The translations under genes and the position numbers were made by a program. DNA of 64,000 bases from an uncultured delta proteobacterium (GTDB lineage: Bacteria; Desulfobacterota; BSN033; UBA1163): contig CAWHBU010000004.1 of NCBI GenBank assembly GCA_963827685.1, positions 160,001 to 224,000 on the forward strand, in the 5' to 3' direction. The first letter of the stretch is position 1. Each line of letters starts with the position of its first letter. The notes beneath the pieces were generated by a model. That model was not told the origin of the DNA. It ran no database searches and saw nothing but the letters and a program-made list of their open reading frames with translations. Of this stretch, positions 10,120 through 19,768 are shown piece after piece.

Positions 10120-10770
10120 ATGACAAATTTGAGTTTCTCAAAGAAAACAATCCAAAATACCTTGAAGAAAAAGGCTGTCATTTTGATAACAATGCTGGAG
10201 AAAGTTCTTTATTGGATAATCATCCCGTTAGCATTTGTGCTGATAATTTATCACTGGTTGTTTTCTGGTGCGACTACAGGCCGTGAAATAGCCTCTTTTT
10301 ATGCTTCTCTTGCCACGATGATAGGAGTTATTTGGGCAATCATAAATGTTAGGAGAGCATTATCAATTAGGAAAAAGGAATTAATCGGTAAGCTCTATGA
10401 GAGATTCTTGGAGAAGAGTGTGTATGAGCTTTATGAAAAAATAAAAAATCAGGACGATTTCGAATTGACTGATAAAAATAAAAGGGCATTGAATAAGATG
10501 TTAACCCTTTTCGATGAGGTTGACTACTTCAAAACACAAAAATTATTTGGGGATGAAATCTGGGAATATATTGCCTGTGAACTCGTCAATTTATCTTGTC
10601 ATAAAAAAGTTAGGGCTTTTTTGAAGGAGAATAGAAAAAAATATCCAAAGCCAAAAAATAAGTACCAAGAAGATATGATGCCATTCACTGGCTTTGAGGC
10701 ATTGGTTAACGAACTACCTGAAGATTATTGGTTTAGAGACAGACCAAATCGTGAAGAAAATAACGATTAA
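10120..10770 (+). CDS. membrane-anchored hypothetical protein, DUF4760-like
   Basis: Two N-terminal TM helices followed by a helical LNKMLTLFDEVDYF segment; the start could be ATG 10192. Confidence 0.6.
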   Translation: MTNLSFSKKTIQNTLKKKAVILITMLEKVLYWIIIPLAFVLIIYHWLFSGATTGREIASFYASLATMIGVIWAIINVRRALSIRKKELIGKLYERFLEKSVYELYEKIKNQDDFELTDKNKRALNKMLTLFDEVDYFKTQKLFGDEIWEYIACELVNLSCHKKVRAFLKENRKKYPKPKNKYQEDMMPFTGFEALVNELPEDYWFRDRPNREENND

Positions 10771-10811
10771 ATTATAAATTGCAGGCTAATAATTTTTATG
10801 CGAGAGGAACA

Positions 10812-11351
10812 ATGAAAAGTAAAGCCAAAGTACCACGTGATACTGTAATTGACGCCATTGACATTCTGAATGACCTGATGGGTGAAATCATGAACGGTGT
10901 GGACGTATACAAACACTATGTCGAATGTTACAAGACTGGAATAGTCACTGATGATGATATGGCGGGAGCATCGAGACTCTGTTTCACGAGCATGATTCTG
11001 GCATTGAATAAGGTTAGAGAATTCAACAGGAGATACCTTCAAATTGTTCCACAGGGGGTTCACCGTGCTGCACTGACTCAACTGCAAGAGACGATAGTGG
11101 CAAGGGGCATACCGGAATTTCGTGACCATTGCATAGGCCACATTTGGAATCAGAAGACGAACCAGCCACTGAAACATTCAGAGGTCATGAAGCGGTTGTC
11201 GGTAATCGTTGAAGAAAATGTAATGGCTTTCGTGAACTGGCTTCATGGCACGGGAAGCGGTGGCAACACCGTAGTGGGAGTTCTTGAATCAATTCGTGAT
11301 ACACTCAAGGAGGAATACTCTGTGATGGTATCTGAGGTAATAAATAGGTGA
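10812..11351 (+). CDS. HEPN-like (AbiU2-type) putative RNase
   Basis: GAGG RBS; helical protein with an Rx5H motif FRDHCIGH. Confidence 0.6.
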   Translation: MKSKAKVPRDTVIDAIDILNDLMGEIMNGVDVYKHYVECYKTGIVTDDDMAGASRLCFTSMILALNKVREFNRRYLQIVPQGVHRAALTQLQETIVARGIPEFRDHCIGHIWNQKTNQPLKHSEVMKRLSVIVEENVMAFVNWLHGTGSGGNTVVGVLESIRDTLKEEYSVMVSEVINR

Positions 11352-11532
11352 AGTTTGCCTCTGTCAGATTAAGTGTCCTGACCAGTATTTGAGTTGACGA
11401 ACAGTGTCAGGACAAACCTCATCCTCCAATTTCGCCCCACATCCTTCTGAGATACATGATCCCTTTTGACTTTTTTGGACAATAGTTTACTTGACCCATC
11501 CTCACTATCATGCAATATACTGAGGGTATGTC

Positions 11533-12429
11533 GTGATATCAAACTTCAACGTACCGTTTGTGAAGGACATTCGAGAAGCCCACAGAAAGGAGGTTTTAAT
11601 TAGAGTGCTTAGCGTTTACGCCGATGACAGCACGGACGAAGAGCAAAGGAGAGTATTCGCTCTTGCTGGGGTTATGGGAACAAAAGAGGAGTGGAACGAA
11701 CTTGAACATAAATGGGCAGCTCGTACCGGGGGAGTGCCATTTCATGCAACGGATTGTGAATCTGGATGGGGCGTTTATAGAGACATTCCAGAAGAAGAAA
11801 GAAGGGCACTATACAAGGATTTGACGAATTTATTGGCGGGAACTAATATGCTGGGCTATGGTATAGCCATCGACTTAGTAGCTCACAGCGACGTTATGAA
11901 AGATCCTGCCAAAGATGCTCCATATTTCTTTTGTTTTCATCAAGTTATAGCTCAGTTTATAATGCGTACACGCCAAATGATTCCGCAACAAAAGGTAAAG
12001 TTTACTTTCGATATCAATCAAAAAGTGAGATACAACGTCGGAGTTCTTTATGATTGGTTAACAAAGCACGAGGAATATAAAGACGTCACATCGTATGTAG
12101 ATCGGGAGATATCTTTTGAGACAAGGAAAATCGTAGGTATTCAAGTAGTTGATTTATTCGCTTTTGAAACTATGAAACGGCTTGATAATACCATAGGTCC
12201 AACCAGACGGTCCAAAAGAGTGTCCCTTGAGGTTTTGCAGAATACAGGAAGATTTCAGGTGCAATGTATGAGAAAAACTGATTTTGAATCCTTTAGAAGT
12301 CATTTTAGTGAACAACGGATCTCAACAGACAATAAACAATATAAGGAATGGCTTTCAAAGAACCATTGCATTGATACTACTGAAAATAGAACCCGATACC
12401 TCATGTATCTTGACAAACAAAAACGATAG
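11533..12429 (+). CDS. DUF3800 family protein (RNase H-like fold)
   Basis: VYADDS...FALAG...FHATD...GIQVVDLFA motifs. Confidence 0.75.
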   Translation: MISNFNVPFVKDIREAHRKEVLIRVLSVYADDSTDEEQRRVFALAGVMGTKEEWNELEHKWAARTGGVPFHATDCESGWGVYRDIPEEERRALYKDLTNLLAGTNMLGYGIAIDLVAHSDVMKDPAKDAPYFFCFHQVIAQFIMRTRQMIPQQKVKFTFDINQKVRYNVGVLYDWLTKHEEYKDVTSYVDREISFETRKIVGIQVVDLFAFETMKRLDNTIGPTRRSKRVSLEVLQNTGRFQVQCMRKTDFESFRSHFSEQRISTDNKQYKEWLSKNHCIDTTENRTRYLMYLDKQKR

Positions 12430-12547
12430 GTGACAAAGAAAAAATGGTTATATACTTGAAGAATCTAATAAACACACACAGATTATAGAAAAAAAAACGA
12501 CATTATGATTCCAAAGACAAAAATGGGGGTCAGGCAATCCCCAACTC

Positions 12548-13156
12548 TCAATGGTATTGAGACACCCCAAATTGCAGACTCCGAATCGCTTCCACTTTTC
12601 GGTCATCGGTGCTGTGAAGATACCTTTCCGTGGTGCGAATATGAGAATGACCCATTAGGGCCTGGACGGTTCTAAGATCATTTCCCTTATCCAGGAGAGT
12701 CGTGGCAAAGGTATGCCGCATGACGTGGGGATGGATTCTCTTTTGGATCAGAGCCCTCTTTGCCGCTGACTTGATGAGGTAGTCAACGGCCTTGGGAGTC
12801 AAGCCCTTTTCCTCGTAGGGTCCATGCTTCCCCAATGTCTGAAAGAGCGGATGAGTCGGTTCTATGACATTCCCGATGGTCTTTAGGTAATCCTTGATGG
12901 CGAGAAGAGTCTCACCCTTGAGGGGAATGCGCCGGAATCTCTTTCCCTTACCGATGACATCAATGACTGCTTGGTTCCGGTATGTTTTGAGATCCTCGAC
13001 CTTCAGACTGCAAATTTCGGCTTTTCTTAACCCGGCTGCGAGAAGGGTAAGCAGAATGGCGTAATCACGTTTGCCTTGTGGAGTCCGTCGATCAGGGACC
13101 CTGAGCATGGCTTGGGCTTCTTCCTCGGTCAAAAATTCAGTCTCTTTCTTTTTCAT
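12548..13156 (-). CDS. short (202 aa) tyrosine recombinase, catalytic domain only (FimB/FimE/resolvase size)
   Basis: GLRKAE, GKG, HVMRHTF, MGH..IRTTERY catalytic set intact; GGAGG RBS; no N-terminal core-binding domain. Confidence 0.92.
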   Translation of the reverse strand: MKKKETEFLTEEEAQAMLRVPDRRTPQGKRDYAILLTLLAAGLRKAEICSLKVEDLKTYRNQAVIDVIGKGKRFRRIPLKGETLLAIKDYLKTIGNVIEPTHPLFQTLGKHGPYEEKGLTPKAVDYLIKSAAKRALIQKRIHPHVMRHTFATTLLDKGNDLRTVQALMGHSHIRTTERYLHSTDDRKVEAIRSLQFGVSQYH

Positions 13157-13274
13157 GGTCCAACCTCCTTCCTGGTTGAATGATTTTCGGTTTGATGGTA
13201 GATTTACTTCGAGTGGGCATCATCCCGTTCCTTCCAGCCATGAGGTAGCCGCCTTATGGCTTTGGGATGAAGGC

Positions 13275-13988
13275 TCACTCACTTCTTTCTCTGATCAGCT
13301 TTGCGACTGCCTCACGGATTAAATCTCCTACCTCTCTACCTTCGGTATGCGCTATTTTTCCCAATTTTTCTTTAATATCCCGTCTCAATTCCACCGTTAA
13401 AGCATCCAGGGCTTCAGCGTAAGGAGGAACCTTGGAGAGAGGGGGATTCTTCTTCCCCTGGACCAAAGCAGAAAGGTATTTCTCATGGCTTTCATCGAGA
13501 TAGCGGAAGTGCAACTGTCTCCAATCCCTGCCTGTAATATCCTGTCCAGTTAGTCCTTTAACCCATCGCTCTTGGTACAGAGGCTTAAAAGGCTTGAAAT
13601 AAATGGGAGCATATTTTTCGCGCTCATTTTCAATGCTGTCTATTACACTATGTCCCCACAATGTGAGGCTAAGATCTAATTCAGGATAAACGAAGTAAAC
13701 AGGCATTCCTTTAAAGACGAAACGCCACTTCCCTTTTACATTTCCCCAAAAATACTTTTTGCATAAGACTTGTTCCCAACACCAAGCATTTGGGTCCAAT
13801 GGATAGTTTTCAGGCTCACCTTTGCAATTACCGCTTTCATCTTCTTCTATTGGATTTCCCTTGTTTATATAAAGCCCTCCCTCCCTGCATTTGAAGCATT
13901 TAATGTCACTGAGAGGTTTGACACATCGACCCGCCCATTCCTGGTTATTGAAAACCGTCCTTATTACTAATCCTTTCTTCTCGATCAT
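13275..13988 (-). CDS. Cys-rich, putative PUA/EVE-like N-terminal domain fused to a C-terminal ribbon-helix-helix domain
   Basis: ATG 13988 with GAGGG RBS; C-terminal LTVELRRDIKEKLGKIAHTEGREVGDLIREAV is RHH-like. Confidence 0.65.
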   Translation of the reverse strand: MIEKKGLVIRTVFNNQEWAGRCVKPLSDIKCFKCREGGLYINKGNPIEEDESGNCKGEPENYPLDPNAWCWEQVLCKKYFWGNVKGKWRFVFKGMPVYFVYPELDLSLTLWGHSVIDSIENEREKYAPIYFKPFKPLYQERWVKGLTGQDITGRDWRQLHFRYLDESHEKYLSALVQGKKNPPLSKVPPYAEALDALTVELRRDIKEKLGKIAHTEGREVGDLIREAVAKLIRERSE

Positions 13989-14013
13989 ACATTCCCTCTT
14001 ACACAAGATCAGA

Positions 14014-14065
14014 TTAGTTATTATTAGTTTAAAACTAATATATACTAACATAACACTAATGTCAA
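14014..14065 (-). promoter_or_regulatory. sigma70 promoter overlapped by five phased ACTAA/TTAGT operator motifs
   Basis: TTGACA(14065-14060)-17-TATATT(14042-14037); motifs at 14014, 14024, 14034, 14044, 14055. Confidence 0.7.
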
Positions 14066-14445
14066 GAGTTTTTTTCACGGCGAGGGTAAATGCGTGTCGA
14101 GTGGAAACCCTGGGAATCTTGTTTAACAGAAATACCCGACATGAAGTCGCTGAGGTATTGGGTCTTAGGATGGTTACTGATTTCAGATTGATGGACGAAT
14201 GAGCAATGATGCGGATCGGTGGGGAGCCTCCCCCCAAATTTTCGGCTTCGACCCCTCCCCCGGTGTCGGGGGAGACCCCGAACATCAAGACCAGACGAGC
14301 CAATTTGAGACTCTCCCTTGCACAGGATGACACCCCTTCGCAAAATTTTTTTGCCAAAGATAGGATTTTCTGTTGACCTGCCCCCCGAAAACCGGTCCAG
14401 GGGATGAGTTAGAATAGGACTGGAAATGAGTATGGGGAGGTAGGG

Positions 14446-14724
14446 ATGAAGAAGAAGGGGTTTAGTGCAGAACAAATCATCGGGAAGCTGAGAGAGGCAG
14501 AGGTTCTTCTGGGTCAGGGGAGCACAGTGGGCGAAGTGAGCCGCAAGCTCGGGATTACGGAACAGACCTATTATCGTTGGAGACGGGAGTATGGAGGGAT
14601 GCGGGTGGAACAGGCCCGAAGGCTCAAGGAGCTGGAGAAGGAGAACGGGAGGCTCAAGAGACTGGTGGCCGATCTGACTCTGGACAATGCGATTCTTAAG
14701 GAGGTAACCCGGGGAAACTTCTGA
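14446..14724 (+). CDS. IS3 transposase OrfA (HTH)
   Basis: FSAEQII..LREAE...[11 protein letters not shown]...[15 protein letters not shown]. Confidence 0.92.
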   Translation: MKKKGFSAEQIIGKLREAEVLLGQGSTVGEVSRKLGITEQTYYRWRREYGGMRVEQARRLKELEKENGRLKRLVADLTLDNAILKEVTRGNF

Positions 14725-14747
14725 GCCCGTCACGGAGGCGGAAGGCG

Positions 14748-15587
14748 GTGATGTGGGTTTGGGAAAGCCTTCGGATCTCCCAACGGCGGGCATGCAGGGT
14801 GCTAGGGCAGGCTCGATCGACTCAACGTCAGGAGGTAGGCGTTTCAGGTGAAGAAGAGAGGTTGGTGGCTAGAATAATCGCCTTGGCTACTCAGTATGGT
14901 CGGTATGGGTATCGGAGGATTACGGCTCTGTTGAGGGCGGAGGGGTGGCGGGTGAACCATAAGCGGGTTGAGAGGATCTGGAGGCAGGAGGGGTTAAAGG
15001 TACCCCAGAAGCAGCCCAAGAGGGGGAGGTTATGGCTCAATGAGGGCTCCTGCATCCGGCTGAGGCCCGAGCGGAAAAACCATGTCTGGAGTTATGACCT
15101 AATGGCAGCACGGACCCAGGACGGGAGGGCTTTTCGAATTCTGACCATCCTGGATGAATATACGAGAGAATCTTTAAACATCACGGTGTCGAGAAGAATC
15201 ACGTCTCAAGAGGTGATTTATCAGCTGGCGGAGTTATTTCTTGAGAGAGGGATCCCGGAGCATATTCGTTCGGACAATGGGCCGGAGTTTACGGCGAGGG
15301 CGATCCGGCAGTGGCTAAGGGATCTTGGAGTAAAGACCTTGTACATTGAGCCTGGGAGTCCTTGGGAGAATGGGTACATTGAATCCTTTAACGGGAAGTT
15401 AAGGGACGAACTTCTCAACCTGGAAATCTTCACAACGCTCTTTGAGGCTCAGGTGCTGATCGAAAACTGGAGGAAGGACTACAATCAGATCAGACCTCAC
15501 AGTGCGTTGGGTTACCGACCTCCTGCACCTGAGGCTATTATGCCGAGCTATGGTTCAACAAGTCTAACTCTGAGTGTGGTACAATGA
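14748..15587 (+). CDS. IS3 transposase OrfB (DDE), expressed through a -1 frameshift
   Basis: [38 protein letters not shown]. Confidence 0.92.
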   Translation: MMWVWESLRISQRRACRVLGQARSTQRQEVGVSGEEERLVARIIALATQYGRYGYRRITALLRAEGWRVNHKRVERIWRQEGLKVPQKQPKRGRLWLNEGSCIRLRPERKNHVWSYDLMAARTQDGRAFRILTILDEYTRESLNITVSRRITSQEVIYQLAELFLERGIPEHIRSDNGPEFTARAIRQWLRDLGVKTLYIEPGSPWENGYIESFNGKLRDELLNLEIFTTLFEAQVLIENWRKDYNQIRPHSALGYRPPAPEAIMPSYGSTSLTLSVVQ

Positions 15588-16054
15588 TTGGGGGCTGGTC
15601 AGCCTTTCCACCGGGTTCCAGACCTGGAATGCACTCGCTATACTGCAACATTACTGCAGGCCATATGTATGAACGTTAACCTACGAAAAAGTATTGAGGT
15701 GAAATTTCTCAAGGTTTAGGGCTAGAATGACGCATATCCTCGCAGTCAGGGACTTTTTAAGAAGCAATTTCTCCCAAGTTATCTTGGAGAGTCCTTGGCG
15801 ACCTGGCTCCTGAAGGGAACTGGGGAGATTCAGAGAAATACAGTAGTCACCCATACTTAGGAAGATTGTAACTATCCGAACTGATCACATGGAGTCCTGC
15901 CCGTTAAGATTTAGCAAATCGAGATTGCCCATTCGTTCCAGGGCGATTCTCTTAATCACCTAAGGGATTGGTTCCCCGGGGATATTTGTTCCTAACACGA
16001 TCCCTAAAAATATTTTTGAACAACTTCAAAAAAACACAAACTTCAAAAAAACAC

Positions 16055-16101
16055 TTGACAAGACAATATCATTTTGGTAGTAAATAAATCGAGCGCTTGT
16101 T
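16055..16101 (+). promoter_or_regulatory. promoter and putative TetR operator
   Basis: TTGACA at 16055; imperfect palindrome ATCGAGCGCTTGTT at 16088-16101; a tandem duplication AACTTCAAAAAAACAC lies just upstream. Confidence 0.55.
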
Positions 16102-16131
16102 TTAAATACTTCTGAAACTTAACCAGGCGCT

Positions 16132-16800
16132 ATGAAAAAAGTGGCTAAACCGCTAATGCCAAAGAACACAACCAATGAGCGCCCTGAACACCTGATTAAT
16201 GCTCCAGCAAAGAATACCGATCTAATTCAAAAGAAGCATCAGCTGATCGTGGACGGCGCATGCAAGGTGTTTTTCAAGAAGGGATACCATCCAACGACCA
16301 TCCGTGATATAGCCCACGCCTGTGCTATGTCTATGGGGCAACTCTACCACTATATCTCTTCTAAAGATGATGTGTTGTACTTGGTTCACAAACATATGCA
16401 AAACATGTGGTATGAATACTTGAAAAACTCAGCTTATGAAGAAGAAAAGGATCCAGGAAAAAAGTTATTACGGGCTCTTAATGAAACCTTAAAATTCATG
16501 ACTGAGAATAGAAGGCTAATCCAATTTATTTATTCCGAAAGTAAATATTTAGATAGGAAGCATCTGCAGGCAGTTCTAGAAATGGACAGGAAAAATGTGA
16601 TTGGATTCTGGCACGAGATTCTACAGGAGGTAATGCAAGAAAAGTCAATTAAGGGCGACGGGAATTTCTTAGCCAGCCTAATTACTTACCTATGTGTATT
16701 TATGCCCTTGAGGGGGTGGACTCTTAAGGGTATGTCATTTAAGCAGGAGAAAGCATACCTAGTGGACTTTATTTTCAATGGGTTGGGTGTCATTCGATAA
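16132..16800 (+). CDS. TetR family transcriptional regulator (KstR2-like)
   Basis: FFKKGYHPTTIRDIA...GQLYHYISSKDDVL HTH. Confidence 0.92.
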   Translation: MKKVAKPLMPKNTTNERPEHLINAPAKNTDLIQKKHQLIVDGACKVFFKKGYHPTTIRDIAHACAMSMGQLYHYISSKDDVLYLVHKHMQNMWYEYLKNSAYEEEKDPGKKLLRALNETLKFMTENRRLIQFIYSESKYLDRKHLQAVLEMDRKNVIGFWHEILQEVMQEKSIKGDGNFLASLITYLCVFMPLRGWTLKGMSFKQEKAYLVDFIFNGLGVIR

Positions 16801-16959
16801 TGCACATTTTTGTAAAATTATTTATCTAAAAGGCTAGCAATATGAATGTCCTACGATTGGTGTACAAATACAAAATTTCTGAGATAGATTTCAACTAGTG
16901 ATTGATTAAATTACTCTGTGAACCTGTTGAATGGCCGTTCGGGAAGGGTACAGGGTGAT

Positions 16960-17485
16960 ATCGCTGGGCAAGGCAGCCATCTCAACAGGAAGCTAGCAGA
17001 GACATCGGCAAGCCCATTGCCATAGGTTTGGTACGTGGGGAGCTGATGTCGGTGTTGTGGCGTGAGCCGAGTTAGAAAGCAAGGATTTACCTGGGATGAG
17101 ATATCACACTGCGGGAGAGATAAAAACTTTGGGCCGAGAAGCCTTGTTTGCAAAATGCGATGTGACCGACGAAACGGATGTAATTGAAATGGCTTAGAAA
17201 ACGATTGGTAAGCTTGGGCATATGGGTATGCTTGTCACTAATGCAGCGTTACCGTTGCCTGACCTATACTGGAATCACCACTTAGGCAATGCGAATTAGT
17301 AATAAGGGGTAATTTAGTGGGAGGTTTTCTTTCTTCAAAGGCGGTATTGCCGCAAATGATTAAGCAAAAGGGCAGGAGTATCATGAATATCTCTTCTCTG
17401 GCGGCTGATGAGAGAGACGAGGGGACTGGTAGTACGGGTTTAGCTTATGTATCTAAGGCGGGGCTTGGCCGCTTTACTTTGTGTC
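16960..17485 (+). pseudogene. degraded short-chain dehydrogenase (SDR)
   Basis: Fragments ASRDIGKPIAIGL, CDVTDETDV, LVTNAA, KAVLPQMIKQKGRSIMNISS, AYVSKAGL interrupted by stops and frameshifts. Confidence 0.75.
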
Positions 17486-17524
17486 AAGATTTATATGTTT
17501 TAGAGGTTCCGAAGGAGGACAGTA

Positions 17525-19048
17525 ATGGGAGTCCACGATTTTAATGTGTACAATCTTATCAAACGTAATGGCCGAATTATTGGCGAACGAATTGCTCTAA
17601 TATCTGGGAATCAAAGGATAAGTCACTTGGAATTTTTGGAGAAGGTTAATCAATTGGCCTTTGGACTTCTACGCATAGGGGTTGGAAAAGGTGACCGTAT
17701 TGGTATCCTTGCTCATAATTGCTTAGAGTTTTTTTATCTATGCGGGGCAGTGGCTAAAATAGGTGCCATCATGTTGCCTATCAACTGGCGTCTCAATCCA
17801 GAAGAAATTAAATATATTATCTCCGACGGAGTTCCAAGAGTTCTGTTTGTGGATTCTGAGTTTGAGGGTATGGTACGGTCTTTCATTTCTGATTTCAGAT
17901 TTGTTGAAAAGGTCTATGCTACGGACAAAGGCGGAGAAAGTTTTGAAAATTTCAATAGCTTAATGGAAAATGATGGGGCTTGTTCAAAGATAGATGTTTG
18001 CCCCGACGATAGCTATGTTATTATTCATACTGCCGCGGTTCATGGAAGACCCCGTGGGGCTACCCTTACTCACCAAAATATAATTCTATTTAACTTGCAG
18101 CAAATGTACTATTGGCATTTGACAAAGGAAGATGTCCATATGGCTCTACTACCATTATTTCACATAGGTGGGCTTGGTATAGCTTTGAGCGTTGGGCAGG
18201 CCGGAGGCACAAACATTATTTTGCCCAAATTTGATTCCGACTTGGCTCTCAAACATATTGAAGAAGAGAAGGTTACTATTTTGGGTGATTTTCCCCCTAT
18301 CCTTAAGAACTTACTTGACAGAGCGCAAGAAACTGACCGTAATCTTTCCAGCCTGAGAATCGTTGCTGGATTGGATCATCCCGATACAGTTAGGCGACTT
18401 GAAAAAATGACTGAAGCTATTTTTTGGACAGGCTATGGTCAAACGGAAACTTCGGGTGTTTTTACCTATGCTCCTTACTTTGAGAGGCTCGGTTCTGCTG
18501 GAACTCAGAGTTTCTTAACTGACATTGAGATAGTCGATGCCTGCGGTAATATTTTAGGGGTAGAGAGAACAGGCGAAATAGTAGTTCGCGGAATGACCGT
18601 ATTCAGGGGTTATTGGAATCTCGAAAGAGATACTGAATATACCTTTCGTGATGGCTGGCATCATACGGGTGACGTGGGTTACCTGGATAAACAAGGGTAT
18701 CTTTGGTATAAGGGCAGAACACCTATCAAGGAATTGATCAAATCGGGTGGAGAAAACGTATATCCAGCTGAGGTAGAAAAAGTGATCTTACAACATCCCT
18801 CTGTAGAGGAGACTGCAGTAATCGGCATCCCTGATTCCCAATGGGGCGAGGCTATTAAGGCAATCTGTGTTTTGAAAAAGGGGGAGGCACTTACAGAAGT
18901 AGAGCTAATCGAATTTGTGGCAGGTCGAATTGCCCGATTTAAGAAACCTAAGTATGTTGTTTTTGTTTCGAATCTACCAAAAACTGAGGACGGATTCATC
19001 AATCTCGAAAAAGTTAAGGCAGATTACGGCGGAACTTACTCGGTATAA
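17525..19048 (+). CDS. acyl-CoA synthetase (AMP-forming, CaiC-like subfamily)
   Basis: HTAAVHGRPRG variant P-loop, YGQTE, HTGD, KSGGENVYPAEVE. Confidence 0.9.
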   Translation: MGVHDFNVYNLIKRNGRIIGERIALISGNQRISHLEFLEKVNQLAFGLLRIGVGKGDRIGILAHNCLEFFYLCGAVAKIGAIMLPINWRLNPEEIKYIISDGVPRVLFVDSEFEGMVRSFISDFRFVEKVYATDKGGESFENFNSLMENDGACSKIDVCPDDSYVIIHTAAVHGRPRGATLTHQNIILFNLQQMYYWHLTKEDVHMALLPLFHIGGLGIALSVGQAGGTNIILPKFDSDLALKHIEEEKVTILGDFPPILKNLLDRAQETDRNLSSLRIVAGLDHPDTVRRLEKMTEAIFWTGYGQTETSGVFTYAPYFERLGSAGTQSFLTDIEIVDACGNILGVERTGEIVVRGMTVFRGYWNLERDTEYTFRDGWHHTGDVGYLDKQGYLWYKGRTPIKELIKSGGENVYPAEVEKVILQHPSVEETAVIGIPDSQWGEAIKAICVLKKGEALTEVELIEFVAGRIARFKKPKYVVFVSNLPKTEDGFINLEKVKADYGGTYSV

Positions 19049-19209
19049 GATTTGACTTAAAAACTTTTCCAATACCATTAAGGCGTAAAATTCTCAAGCG
19101 GAAGACAGAAATAAATAGAGTGAAGCCCAGTAGCCGTCAGTATGATTTCAAGAATTCGGCGGCAAATCTTTTATATTGTTACATTATTGTACAAAATAAC
19201 TCGAATTTA

Positions 19210-19465
19210 GGTAAGCCACTGGTTTTACCAGGGCGACTTGATAAGGTTTGACCGTTCAGCATCACATCCTCCCGTGACTTGATGAGAGAAGCAAACGGAA
19301 CAGGAGAATATGATGGAAGATAGTTTTCAGGAGTATCGAAACTTATCCATGCGAAATGGGATTGCAAATAGCATGTGGTGTTTATCCCAGAGGAGAGACA
19401 ACAAGCGCTCTTTGGGCAGGCACGACGCCACTTTGCTGAAATATTTCATACCTTAACGCAACAAA
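19210..19465 (+). mobile_element. IS200/IS605 TnpA 5' remnant
   Basis: EYRNLSHAKWDCK*HVVFIP..RQQALFGQARRHFAEIFHTL matches the TnpA N-terminus. Confidence 0.75.
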
Positions 19466-19597
19466 TCACTATTGTAAAGATATTACCGAGATACTACCTT
19501 AGGAGAGGAGGTGGTAGCTTTCTGGTGAGGCCTTGGGTCCCGCAACGCGCTTGGGGAGATTAGTAGCCAAGCTAAAAATCACTTTAGGAGGTGAATT

Positions 19598-19768
19598 ATG
19601 GTTATTGTCAACGAAGAAGTATGTGCCGCGTGCGGCCAGTGTGTAATTGTGTGTGCAGTGGAAGCAATCAAGGGGTGGGGAATACCTATAATAGATGATG
19701 AAAAATGTACTGAGTGTGGCCTGTGTGTCGAATATTGCCCAGTTGATGCATTGGAGGTGAAACAATGA
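19598..19768 (+). CDS. 2x[4Fe-4S] ferredoxin (56 aa)
   Basis: Manually translated: [11 protein letters not shown] and [12 protein letters not shown]; AGGAGG RBS; ATGA overlap with the next gene. Confidence 0.92.
   Translation: MVIVNEEVCAACGQCVIVCAVEAIKGWGIPIIDDEKCTECGLCVEYCPVDALEVKQ

Larger units (their letters stand above)
14374..15601 (+). mobile_element. IS3 family (IS407-like) insertion sequence, apparently intact
   Basis: TIRs TGACCTGCCCCC / GGGGGCTGGTCA; orfA and orfB; slippery GGGAAAC at 14712-14718; no target duplication seen. Confidence 0.93.

Noticed and set aside
8989-13156. Integron with gene cassettes
   Set aside because: The recombinase is too short and lacks the IntI-specific insertion; no RYYYAAC...GTTRRRY attC sites were seen between the genes.
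13989-14357. N-terminal extension of the 360-aa ORF call
   Set aside because: It runs through a clear promoter/operator; the RBS supports ATG 13988.
15602-16020. Gene or ncRNA between IS3 and tetR
   Set aside because: Only short broken frames and no recognisable structure.
17525-19048. Inactive ligase because of the HTAAVHGRPRG loop and missing terminal Lys
   Set aside because: This variant signature matches a recognised CaiC-like subfamily, and the ORF is intact.
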